From the NCBI GenBank assembly GCA_936941205.1, contig CAKZJF010000061.1:5744-45743 (forward strand): 40,000 nt of DNA, written 5' to 3'. Below, piece after piece: positions 1 to 9,749 of the stretch (positions within the stretch are counted from its first letter, which is position 1; every line of letters starts with the position of its first letter). Under the pieces are notes generated by a model, which worked only from the letters and a program-made list of their open reading frames with translations, did no database searches and was not told the DNA's origin. This stretch comes from an uncultured Candidatus Altimarinota bacterium (lineage in GTDB: Bacteria; Patescibacteriota; Gracilibacteria; BD1-5; UBA2023). Position numbers and translations under genes: made by a program.

Positions 1-1
1 T

Positions 2-313
2 CCATTTGATCAGGTGGAGAATGAGAGTGTAAAATCAAATGGGATTATGGGCATATTCCAGTCATTTTGGTCAGCTATAAATAATGAAGATTCTGTGGCA
101 ACCATGCGACTGAATAGACAAAGAATCGAGGCATTAAGAAAATGAAATACAGAAAGGATGAATACATTAAAAACCTGACTTGAATCCATAGGATTACGCA
201 GTGAAGAGCTTAAAAAAGATGAGCTTATAAAGCTTTTATATAACTACTATAATCCTCGGGTTAATGTAGAGGCTTGACTCAAGGCAAATATAGATAGTGT
301 AAGTATACAGTAG
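2..313 (+). CDS. hypothetical protein, C-terminal fragment (gene begins left of the window)
   Basis: Frame is open from the window edge to TAG 311-313. Three in-frame TGA are read as Gly. Ends ...EELKKDELIKLLYNYYNPRVNVEAGLKANIDSVSIQ. No family recognised. Confidence 0.4.
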
Positions 314-328
314 GTAATTTTGATTTTT

Positions 329-691
329 ATGTCAAATCGAGATATTGGAAACAAATGAGAAGACATAGCAGAAAAATATCTTAAAAATCATGGATATTGT
401 ATCCTTGAACGAAATTATACTATTCTCTCATCAGAAATTGATATCATTGCTGAGTGAGAATCACATATTGTGTTTATAGAAGTAAAATTACGAAATACCC
501 CTTGGTACGGACATCCACTTGAAACACTCACCAAAAGTAAGCGCGTATTCCTCTATAGAGGAATACGCGCTTACTGTATGAAAAAAAATATAGATATAGA
601 TCTTTGTAGAGTAGATTTTATTGGACTTCTCAAAAAGGAAGACGGTACTGGGTACCGTCTTTGGCATATAAAGTGAGTAGAATTGTTTTAG
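329..691 (+). CDS. yraN: YraN family (UPF0102) endonuclease-like protein
   Basis: ATG 329, TAG 689-691, 120 aa under table 25 with 3 in-frame TGA. Pattern G-E-x-x-A-x-x-YL...GYxILERN...SEIDIIAE...VFIEVKLR is typical of the YraN family. The track ORF 470-676 is its middle piece. Confidence 0.8.
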
Positions 692-3600
692 TTATGCACG
701 CATTCGAATATCTTGATCATTCGCAGCTGGAGCATCAGAAACGCCAGCTATAAAAGCCTGTCGAGTCACTTGTTGTACTGTCTGGACAGATGAAACTTCT
801 TTATGTAAGAATGCTTGGTACGCATTTTCATTCGATCCATAGGTAGTATATTCTTTCGGATTATCGACCCCAAGAATATTTTCATAACTCATATCAAATC
901 AAAGATCTCGTAATTCTAGCATATACGGATGACGCATAATGGTTCGTTCATACATATCTTTCCTCTCTTCAAGGGTCGTTTTTTCAGCAGCTGTCGCACC
1001 TTTCAATTTATCTCGAAGCCATGCAACTATTTCTTTATTAATATGAGAAAATTGTCATTTTTGATACTCTGTATTTCATTGAAATGTTTCAGATTTTTTA
1101 ATACTTTCAAGGTACGGAATAACGGCAGACTTCCAAAAATATTTATAATCAGTCTCATTCATGTCACCATGCTTTGGTACTACATTGATTTTTAAATCAA
1201 GGTAATGCTTTAAGGTATGATATGTAAATCCTGTTGATGAATCAATCGGAGAGTGAGATGATATAAATTGCTCACTATGTGAATATCCCCCCATATTTCT
1301 AATAGATTCATTTGGATGGGCAGAAGAAGGAGCATATTCATGAGTACCATCGAGCTCTCGAATATAACGAGCAAATGTTGTTCGTACAATGGGGTCACGA
1401 TGTTCTTTTGACTGAATAGCAATAAGTGGATCAGAGAGTTGAAGTACTGGGTGAATTATTTTCCCATAATCTAACCAAAAATCATGGATTACTTCATAAA
1501 TATTTGGATTGTTGAGCTGTTCTGATCGATCGAGTTCAATCATTTTAAGACGAGTACGGGCCTGTTCTGGAAGTTTACCAGAATCAACTAACATATCTAC
1601 TACCGTATGAACTACTGACTGATACACTCAAGCAAGAGAATCATTACGTCAGAAAGTAAAAGCATGGTATGGATTTCACTCAGCATCGGTAAAATTCTTA
1701 AAATCATTCAATGTTTCTGGATGAGCCATTTTTGTTACATTACTCATAGACCAAACAAAGGCTGGACCCATGGAGCTTTGTCCAGGCCATTTCCCCATAG
1801 TTCCTTTTATATTTCCAAGCACCAATGACCATTCACCTGACTTAAAACGTGAAATTGTATAAATAGCACGATCCTTTGCTCCAAGTTTTTCACTCGATTC
1901 TCGTTCTCATTTTTGCTTATTTTTCTCGCGAGCCTCACGAACAGTGTTTCCAAATACCCCAGGACCACCCATGGCCTGAATATAGATATTATTCTCATGA
2001 TTAAACTTGAAAAAACGATCAAGGAGAATAATTTCATTTAACGTGTTAGAAGTTTCGGTATTTACTGCAGATTCTCTTTCTTGACAACGCTTATATTCAT
2101 AAGCAGGATCACATCAACAAGCTCGCACAATACGATCAAACCAGATATGTCCTTTTCCACTCAATTTATCAAGATTACTATCCGCATAAAGCTCACCAGT
2201 AGCTTCAAGGGTTACTAACAGTGCAGCCAATAAGTGTTCTGGTCGAGAATTGGAATTCTCTATAATATGAACAATCTCTGCTCGCATACGGGCTCATTTA
2301 AGATTTCGTATACTTCCCTTCTTTTCTTCGATTGTTTTATTTACATGCTTTGAATAATCCATCATCGCATGATTTTCCAGCATACTAAAACCAGGAATCT
2401 TGGATAATTTCTTTGACATCTTAAACATCGATTCTGCAGAGCGGAATTCAGCCCCTTCTTTCAACATATGTTCAAATGTATGAAAAATCATGCCACCTGC
2501 TTTCCAAAAATCATACGGTGTTTTCCAATTCATGACCCTTCCTAGAAAACCGCCATGCATATGAAGATGTGGTGCCTCATATTCTTTTACTGCATCCGGA
2601 TCGGAATCAAGAAGAGAAGTTAACTTATAACCACGTACCCATCTCATTAAATGACGAAAGGACTTGTCAGCATGTTTTGCATATTTCTTTGTTTTCTTAT
2701 ACTTTACTTCACCATCTTCTTTATTTTCACGTTTTACATCTGAAACGGGTTCAAGAATATTTACTGTATTTAATCCAGTAATTTCAACTTTAATAATGGC
2801 ACCATTGGCATTTTTAAATCCAAATATTGGACTTTTTGAACCATCTCACTGTTGCATTTGAAAGCTATTTTCATGAATACTAAGTCCAGGTTCAGAGAAT
2901 GCTTCTAGAAATGAATCCCCATCATGAATCGGTTTCATTCGTGCAAATGTCTCATGTTCTGCTCGAATTCATTCAATAAAACCAGTGAATGGAATATTTG
3001 GATATATTGTTCCGTCTTCTGATTGAAGAGAGATAATTTGTTCTGTATAGTTTATGCTATCCACTTTTAAAATATCATATTCATCTTCTTCTCAAAACTG
3101 AAAATACGTTCCAACCTCAAATGCAATATCACGATGTGATGGATCAAGTGAATCAATTCTTGCTTGAAATGCCTCTGGATTCGAAAGTTCTGGCTCAGGT
3201 GATATCTCTGGAATACGATTGGTTAATTTCATATGCTCAAAAGCTGCCTCATCCAATATGGTTACTTTTCCTCATCGAGACGTATAGGTTTGAAATTCTT
3301 TTACAAGATCAGCATACAAAAGTTCTTCTGGCGGAAGTTGTGGAGCTCAGATTTGTCATCCAGTATAAGAAATACTTGAAACCTGAATATGTTTAATCGT
3401 TTCAGGAGGATTCATAGTATCTACCCCCATAATCTTCATAAAAAACTTTCAGCCCTGGGGGGTTTCATAACAAATAATTCCCCCTCTTTCAAAGTTTTCT
3501 AATCCTTTTATGAGACATCCTTGTCATGAAGGATCTTTCAGAGTTTCACGAATATATGCGTTAAATTGTGAAAAATCTTCAATATCAGGAGGATTCTCAT

Positions 3601-4612
3601 CTTGATTCCCTCCTCGTAATGATTGAAATCATTCATACAATGCTGCATTCAGATCTTCCTTAAAAGAAATAAAGAAATCATCTACCAAAGTATCGAGAAA
3701 ATCAGTGGAATCAGTACGAATAAAGAATTCTGGATTCCCATCTAATAAACTGGATATAAAACGGTCAAGTTCCTCATGGCTTGAGAATACAGATTCATCT
3801 ACTCCTCAAAAATCAGCATCAATTCGTTGAATAATAAGAATTTTTGCTCTCTCAATATCAAGAAAATTATGCTCTATCAAAAATCCAATAGAAACACGGG
3901 GAAGAAGTTCTTGTATGAGGAATTTTTGCTTTTCTCTACTTGAAGTATCAAGAAGACTTAATAAAAAAGAACAATCATCCTCTGTTACTACTCAAGTAAC
4001 TTGAACTTGACGCATAAGACTATGAAATCTATCCAATAAAACAGGATGAATAGAATCTGAAAATCAAAGATGCTCAATAATCCCTGCAATATCACGAGGA
4101 GCAATGCCTCTATCAATTCACAAAACAAATTCACGACGAATATGTATTTTTCTATTATACATCTTCAGTTGCTCAAAGGATAACGTTTTAATGCTTGAAA
4201 GAATAGAATTCTTTTGGGTAGCATCTAATACAAATTCCTTTTGTATAACATGTTCTAATGCCATTCGCTCATTATTAATCTGCAAACCTGCTTGAAAAAT
4301 CATATTTCGAATTCGCTCATTTGAAAACAATGAAGTATCATCGAAAATTCCTGATGGTATAGATATAAAGTCGTTCGTACTTCCAACCGCCTGTTTTTGA
4401 GCAAGAAATTGAGAAGCAAGATTTCTGACATGTAAAATTCCATCTTTTCAGAGAGCTTTATCATAAAATTCTGTAGCCTGATGAGAACAGATAGCAGTAT
4501 CAATCAGTTCAGTAAGGAGTTGATGAGCGGTAGCAAGTGCATCTTTTGAATTCCCCTGAGTTCACTGTTCATTAATCGCTGCATCTCACTGTGTGTGAAT
4601 TCATGTATCCAT
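692..4612 (-). CDS. large hypothetical protein (1306 aa), no signal peptide, no family recognised
   Basis: Track pieces 692-892, 1076-1627, 2294-2647 and 4118-4330 share one minus frame. I checked by hand that no TAA/TAG occurs in that frame between 692 and 4612, only TGA. First ATG at 4612, with an upstream in-frame TAA at 4628-4630. Stop TAA is at 692-694, directly abutting the yraN stop. Confidence 0.75.
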
Positions 4613-4671
4613 ATTGACTTTTTTAAATTATGATTTTATTATATATAAAATATATAGGAAATGCAAATAAA

Positions 4672-4695
4672 AAATCCCCTTATACAAGGGGATTT
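4672..4695 (-). terminator. intrinsic terminator hairpin after the lipoprotein gene
   Basis: Perfect 10-bp stem aaatcccctt / aaggggattt with a 4-nt loop, flanked by A/T tracts, 20 nt past the stop at 4716. Confidence 0.7.
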
Positions 4696-4715
4696 TTTAT
4701 ATATAAAACTCTCAA

Positions 4716-4976
4716 TTACATTGCAGTACCAGTAGCAGTAGCACCAGAAGCTTCTACAGTAGAAGTTGTAGTTGTAGTTTCAACCATACCAGTTGCAACC
4801 TCAACCTTAACTTCAGCACCAGTAGTAGTTGTAGTTTCAACCATACCAGTTGCAACCTCAACCTTAACTTCAGTACCAGTAGCAGTAGCACCAGAATTTG
4901 TATCAACTGGAGTTACTTTAGCACCACATGATGCAAGAAGAAGAGTAGCAGTAGCAACAAGAAGTAGAACTTTCAT
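4716..4976 (-). CDS. small secreted lipoprotein with a tandem 19-aa Thr/Val-rich repeat
   Basis: 86-aa ORF. Signal peptide MKVLLLVATATLLLASC carries a lipobox (LLAS-C). Contains two copies of E-V-K-V-E-V-A-T-G-M-V-E-T-T-T-T-T. TAA stop is followed by a terminator. Confidence 0.7.
   Translation of the reverse strand: MKVLLLVATATLLLASCGAKVTPVDTNSGATATGTEVKVEVATGMVETTTTTGAEVKVEVATGMVETTTTTSTVEASGATATGTAM
4771..4884. repeat. 2 x 57-bp direct tandem repeat inside the lipoprotein gene
   Basis: Units 4771-4827 and 4828-4884 differ at 2 positions. The repeat is in frame (19 codons per unit). Confidence 0.9.
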
Positions 4977-5093
4977 AACGAAGAAAATAATATAAGTAAA
5001 TGTGAGTCGAGTATATAGAATGGTTTCCTAAATGCAACTATTTTTTCGAGTTTTTTTACAAGTTTTGCACATATTATTAACTATACATTATTA

Positions 5094-5101
5094 TGTATAA
5101 T
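5094..5101 (+). promoter_or_regulatory. candidate extended -10 (TGTATAAT) for the trhP-like gene
   Basis: tgtataat at 5094-5101 with ttgcac upstream. It would give a leader of roughly 250 nt before ATG 5358. Confidence 0.3.
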
Positions 5102-5302
5102 ATACAATAGAATAAGTATTGGCTCTGGGGAGGGAATAAGAAAAAGAAGGGATCAATAAAAAAATAATTTGATTTTTCTCTCTATTTTACTAGAATTCTC
5201 CCCAATAACCTCATGGAGTAATAGTGCACATACTCTTTCAGGTATACTTTTTCCGTATAGGACGAATGTATCTGAAATTTGGCACTTTACTCGAAAGAAC
5301 AC

Positions 5303-5335
5303 AACCTTTCTTGTACTTATGTGCAACGAAAGGTT
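5303..5335 (+). promoter_or_regulatory. terminator-like hairpin in the 5' leader (possible attenuator)
   Basis: aacctttc (5303-5310) pairs with gaaaggtt (5328-5335). A T-rich run follows up to ATG 5358. Its loop (tatgtgca 5318-5325) can pair instead with tgcacata at 5225-5232. Confidence 0.3.
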
Positions 5336-5357
5336 TTTATTTTATTACTCTTTTTTT

Positions 5358-6722
5358 ATGTCAAAAAAGCTTGAACTTCTTATGCCTGCAGGGAATCTTG
5401 AAAAACTCAAATACGCGCTCGCCTATGGTGCAGATGCTGTATATGCTGGAGTACCTATGTTCTCACTTCGTGCCCGTGAAAATCAATTTACGTGGGAAAC
5501 ACTCGCAGAAGGAGTTGAATATTGTCATTCCCGTGGAAAAAAAATCTATTTTACTGCGAATATTTACGCACATAATACGAAAATTAAGCCGTTTATGGCT
5601 GCTTTTGAAAAAATGCAAGCACTCAAACCAGATGCTTATATTATGAGTGATCCTGGACTTATCTATCTTGTACGAAAAAATTTTCCAGAAGCAGAAATTC
5701 ACCTCTCTGTACAGGCAAATAATACAAACTGGGCACAGGCTGAATTCTGGAAATCACTTGGAATCACTCGTATAATCCTTTCTCGAGAACTCTCTCTGAA
5801 AGAAGTAAAAGAAATTCATGAAATGTGTCCTGATATCGAGATTGAGTTCTTTGTCCATGGGGCTATCTGTATGGCATATTCTGGACGATGTCTCCTTTCT
5901 AACTACTTCTCACATCGAGATCCAAATCAGGGAACCTGTTCTCATTCATGTCGTTGGGAGTATAAAGTATTCAAAAAAGATGCAAGTGAGGAGGAGCTCT
6001 ATGATTCTACTGGGCGTCCAGAGGATTATATTCCACTTCAAGGGGAATTTTACCTTGAAGAACGAGAACGTCAGGGAGAAATGATTCCAATCGATGAAGA
6101 TGAATATGGAACTTATATTATGAACTCTCGAGATATATGTCTTCTATCCTATATGCAGGAACTTGCCGATGCAGGTGTTATCTCATTTAAGGTAGAAGGA
6201 AGAAGCAAGACAGTAAACTATCTTGCTTGAGTAGGACGTGCATATCGACCAGCTCTTGATGCAGTGGAAAGTGGTGAAAAATACAATGATGAAGAACTCG
6301 CTGAAGAAGTTTTTGCTATATCAAATCGTGGATATACTCCTGGTTTCCTTGTAGGAAATCCTGGAGAAAAGGCTATCTACTTTGAAAAAAATCTCGATCT
6401 CCACGAAGAGGATCCAGTAGGTATCGTAAAAGGCTATGATGAAACTCGAAAAATGGCTCGTATCGAAGTAAAGAATCGTATCGATATCGGAGATGACCTC
6501 GTACTCCTTTCTCCTTCTCAACGATTCAAGTTTGCTCTCACAGAAATCATTGCTGACCCCATCCTCCTTGGAGATGTGAAATCAGATAAAGCCAGTTCTA
6601 CTGAAGTTCCTGCCAATGGAGAATCTCGAGAATCAGGACATGGAGGACATATTGATCTCTGGATAAATGTTCCGGAAAAACCAGCTGACTATGCTATCAT
6701 TCGAAAGAAACGTACACTCTAG
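5358..6722 (+). CDS. trhP: U32 family protein, YegQ/TrhP-like (tRNA U34 hydroxylation family)
   Basis: 454 aa. Track pieces 5169-6230 and 6264-6722 share a frame and are joined through TGA 6228-6230. MSKKLELLMPAGNLEKLKYALAYGADAVYAG...SDPGL...LSRELSL...FVHGAICMAYSGRCLLSNY...DPNQGTCSHSCRWEY...GTYIMNSRD follows my recollection of E. coli YegQ along its length. TAG stop plus terminator. Confidence 0.85.
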
Positions 6723-6739
6723 AAATTGCTAAAAATAAA

Positions 6740-6766
6740 AATCCCCATTAATCTATAATGGGGATT
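6740..6766. terminator. bidirectional terminator hairpin between convergent genes
   Basis: 11-bp stem aatccccatta / taatggggatt with a 5-nt loop. Lies between the trhP stop (6722) and the stop of the small minus-strand ORF (6770). Confidence 0.7.
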
Positions 6767-6769
6767 TTA

Positions 6770-6979
6770 TTAACTTCTTCTTTGATAGTGCGATTTGCCG
6801 TACATAGGAGCACATGTACATTCTATTGCCTCACACACCGTACATGCCTTATGGATATAGAGTTTTGCAACTCGTCCTCAAAACTGTCCTCGTAAGTTAT
6901 CAATAGTAGATTCTTGTTCCTCGGGAGAAAGAGTTCGAATTCTTTTTAATTCAGCAAAAGCTGCTCGTTCTAATTGCAT
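6770..6979 (-). CDS. small Cys-containing hypothetical protein (69 aa)
   Basis: ATG at 6979, TAA at 6770-6772, one in-frame TGA. Sequence MQLERAAFAELKRIRTLSPEEQ...ACTVCEAIECTCAPMYGK. No family recognised. Fills the gap and ends at the shared terminator. Confidence 0.35.
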
Positions 6980-7108
6980 AGTACCAATCTTATAATATAA
7001 TCTATTTTAATGTATTATATATACATTAAAATATCAACTCCGCAAATAATACGAAAATATCAAGAAATGCAATAATTTTTTCAAAGTTGTTATATCATTG
7101 TTACAGTT

Positions 7109-8110
7109 TTACTCACAAAAGAGTTGTCTACATCTATTATCAAATATAAGATCAGGGAATCAATTCTGATAGATATTATATGCAAATAGATGTATAAAAA
7201 TCAAAAGAATTCCAAGCTGCAAGATATGTGCTTGATTGAGTCCAAATAGTCATTGTTTTGACTCCAATTTCCAGATAAATGGAAGAAATAATGTCATACA
7301 AAAAAGCGCAAGCAAATTGCTATAATTTTCATTTATATAATACTGTAAGATAAAGAAAAGTATCCCAATCCCCATACCATGGAGAATATGTCCTATTTTT
7401 GTTCATGGAACTGTTTTTGGATCAGTAATCATGAAAAATATAAATACAAAGAAACCAGGATTAAAATATATCAGAGCCTGCTGCCAGGTTGTTTCCTCTG
7501 TAAAGAATGCAAATATGAACGCTTGAGTCAAAAAAAATGAAAGTGTCGTTATCCATATGGGTATATGCATAAGGCGCTGTACACGAGTCGATATCAAAGC
7601 ACCCAGAAGAAATATAGCTATATATATGAGGATCGTTTTTTCAGGGGTTGAGTAGATTCCCCATTGGAGTGGGTTTGTCCAAGCAATGAGAGGAAAAAAT
7701 ATAAGACAGAACGTAACCGCCATATTGGATGGATTCATAAAATGTCGCCCTTCCTGTGTTGTGAAAGTATATTTTCAGAGAATCGCAAGTGCACCAGCAA
7801 GGATATAGATGATGATTTCATCCGATCGGAGAAAGAATGATATACCCCATAAGGCATTAAATGCACCAGAAAATCGTATACTTCCTACTCAATATTTATA
7901 TATTTGAATAGCAATTTCTAGTATTAAAATTGTTCAAATAGTTGCGAGAATTTTATAAATATCAAGGTAAAATCCGTAATAGAGAACCCCTATCGATAAT
8001 ACAAGAGCGACAATGGCCGTTTGATTGGTTTGAGCATTATACCTGAGTCATTGAATAATAGCCCTAAAAATCGCCTGTACATCTGAAAATATCTTTGAAG
8101 ATGAAATCAT
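7109..8110 (-). CDS. polytopic membrane protein with NqrB/RnfD-family-like motifs
   Basis: 333 aa, containing track ORF 7403-7738. About 8-9 hydrophobic helices. Motifs HFMNPSN and FFMITDPKTVP resemble the FNPA / FFMATDP(V)T motifs of the NQR2/RnfD/RnfE family. TAA at 7109-7111. Confidence 0.55.
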
Positions 8111-8190
8111 ACTCTGATAGGGAAAAGAAATATTGTTCGACCATATATAATCAAAACTATATAAAATATAATCTCATATAGTTTTTGGAA

Positions 8191-8751
8191 TTAAACCCGT
8201 AATAATCCACGAAATCCACGAACGGCATAATAGGAATCTGCACCATTATGGTAAGTAAATACTTGATTATAACGTCGATCGCAAAAGAGTGCTCATCCCC
8301 TTTCTCGAATAGATGAAGGGGTATATATCCAACTCGAGGTTTTTACATCAAATTCACCCAACTGTTGGAGTTCTCGATACTGTTCTTCAGTTAAAATCTC
8401 TATACCGATATCAGTAGCCATATCGGTAACGGTACTCTCTGGTTTATGTTCTTTTCTGGATTCCAAAGCCTCTCGATCATAACAAAGACTTCTTCGACCT
8501 TTTGGAGACTCTGGTGAACAATCGCAAAATATATATTCTTCTGTTGTTGTATCATATCCAATAATATCAGGTTCACCACCCGTTTGCTCCATTTTAAGAA
8601 GTGAAGAAAGTGTATTGATATTGTTTTCCATTCTTGTCTGAATATCCTGCCAATCGAGATTCTCATGACGAGACATATTTTTTTCAAAACGAGTTTTTAG
8701 GAGCTGAATCAATTCAGTTTGTTGTTCGAAAGAAAAAGTTAATGAGGCCAT
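8191..8751 (-). CDS. DUF4256 domain protein
   Basis: 186 aa. ...TGGEPDIIGYD...YIFCDCSPESPKGRRSLCYDREALESRKEHKP...LTEEQYRELQQLG.FD.KTSSW..TP..IRERG-TGA-ALFCDRRYNQVFTYHNGADSYYAVRGFRGLLRV matches the conserved DUF4256 pattern as I recall it. The last 33 residues appear only when TGA is read as Gly. Confidence 0.7.
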
Positions 8752-9018
8752 ATGTTGCTATGAATGAATATTCTATAGAAATAGTATATGCTGGGATTAT
8801 AAAATACAAGTTTTCAATAATCGAACCTAAAAAAATCTCCTCAAAGCCACAAAGTGACGATGAAGAGCTCATATTAAGCGAGTATGGTGAAAGAAACTTC
8901 AAAGGTTACATTCGTATATCTATCATAAAATGCGCAAGCACCGATATATAAACAGATGGACCACACAGTTTGTCTCTCTTTGTAGGGAAGAGGTAAGAAG
9001 ACTTGAAGAAAGAAAAAA

Positions 9019-9038
9019 GTTCTGACAAGTTCTGACGG
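9019..9038. repeat. tandem 10-bp direct repeat (agttctgaca agttctgacg)
   Basis: Seen directly in the sequence, about 150 bp upstream of ATG 9190, inside the 438-bp intergenic region. Confidence 0.8.
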
Positions 9039-9189
9039 AAGGAAATTAGTACAGAATTATCTCAATGAGATAGAAAATGGTTCTCATTTATCATGAGTAT
9101 ACACGAGGTTAATTATAGATAATTAATAATATTGCATAATTATAAATATTATTTATAATAATAATGTCACTAACCATAGGAGAATTGAC

Positions 9190-9501
9190 ATGAAAAATGT
9201 TTGGCCAACTGACTGGCGTTATATCGGAGGTATCATCCTCAGTTGCATCGCCACTATTGCTATAGGTTATTTTCTATGGCAATGGATTCCAGAATTGTTG
9301 AAATGGTTCATTGAGATTCTCGGATACCCCTTCTGGGTGGTGTTCACGAAGTTTCTCAAGATCGAAATCAATCAGTTCGAGGCCTTCTGGGCATTCTTTG
9401 GCATCGCATGTATTGCAATGGTGATTGTCGGGAACTTCACACCCGTGCGGGTTTCTCAACAAGTAACCGTCACAAAAAACAAAGAAGAAACGGAAGGCTG
9501 A
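9190..9501 (+). CDS. small two-helix membrane protein; foreign-looking ORF whose apparent stop is TGA
   Basis: 103-aa ORF with AGGAG (9178-9182) 7 nt before the ATG. About 44% GC by hand count. No internal TGA; Trp is TGG throughout. TGA 9499-9501 is followed by a terminator hairpin. Under table 25 the frame runs on to TAA 9649-9651, across the hairpins and into the tRNA-Arg gene. Confidence 0.5.
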   Translation: MKNVWPTDWRYIGGIILSCIATIAIGYFLWQWIPELLKWFIEILGYPFWVVFTKFLKIEINQFEAFWAFFGIACIAMVIVGNFTPVRVSQQVTVTKNKEETEG

Positions 9502-9514
9502 ATTTCTCCACTGC

Positions 9515-9545
9515 GAGGCTGATTCACATCAGCCTCCTCTTTTAT
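9515..9545 (+). terminator. intrinsic terminator after ORF 9190-9501
   Basis: 9-bp GC-rich stem gaggctgat / atcagcctc with a 4-nt loop, then ctcttttatt. Confidence 0.7.
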
Positions 9546-9551
9546 TATTAA

Positions 9552-9578
9552 AATAATCCCTTATTTAAAGGGATTATT
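9552..9578 (-). terminator. terminator hairpin downstream of tRNA-Arg
   Basis: 11-bp stem aataatccctt / aagggattatt with a 5-nt loop. A T-run follows on the minus strand. Confidence 0.55.
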
Positions 9579-9593
9579 TCGTTTATTGACAAA

Positions 9594-9671
9594 TGGTGCA
9601 ACCAGCAGGGCTCGAACCTGCGACCTCCTCCTTCGCAGGGAGGCGCTCTAATCCAACTGAGCTATGGCTGC
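9594..9671 (-). tRNA. tRNA-Arg (anticodon GCG), CCA encoded
   Basis: Reverse complement is GCAGCCA-TA-GCTC...GAGC-G-CCTCC-CTGCGAA-GGAGG-AGGTC-GCAGG-TTCGAGC-CCTGC-TGGTTGC-ACCA. It folds as a cloverleaf with a 7-nt anticodon loop C-T-GCG-A-A. Confidence 0.85.
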
Positions 9672-9749
9672 AAATAGTGTGGACATATTATGAATTTTTT
9701 TAGAAAATCAATCTTTTCTTTCCTTTTTCAGAAAATGTCCAGCACACAA

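Noticed and set aside
2468-2482. An HxxEH motif (HTFEH) in the 1306-aa protein suggested an M16 (pitrilysin/insulinase) metallopeptidase.
   Set aside because: The motif lies about 710 residues from the N-terminus rather than near it, and I could not see the downstream Glu of M16 enzymes or any other family hallmark. It is too short to be meaningful on its own.
692-4612. The many short same-frame ORFs in the supplied track looked like a field of decayed pseudogenes.
   Set aside because: All the interruptions are TGA, never TAA or TAG. They fall on conserved Gly positions, and the decoding tRNA(UCA) is present. These are intact genes read in table 25.
4630-4995. A 121-aa plus-strand ORF overlapping the lipoprotein gene.
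   Set aside because: It is the antisense reading of the 57-bp repeat. The minus-strand reading has a proper signal peptide and lipobox, a TAA stop and a terminator.
5169-5357. An upstream in-frame extension of the U32 gene; the track ORF starts at 5169.
   Set aside because: The E. coli YegQ-like sequence begins at MSKKLELLMPAG (ATG 5358). The upstream 63 codons have no protein-like character and contain the hairpins described as a leader.
8752-9671. A genomic island integrated at tRNA-Arg.
   Set aside because: Only one small GC-rich ORF is present. I found no integrase and no direct repeat of the tRNA 3' end in 8752-9593. The ORF is kept as a compositional anomaly, not called a mobile element.
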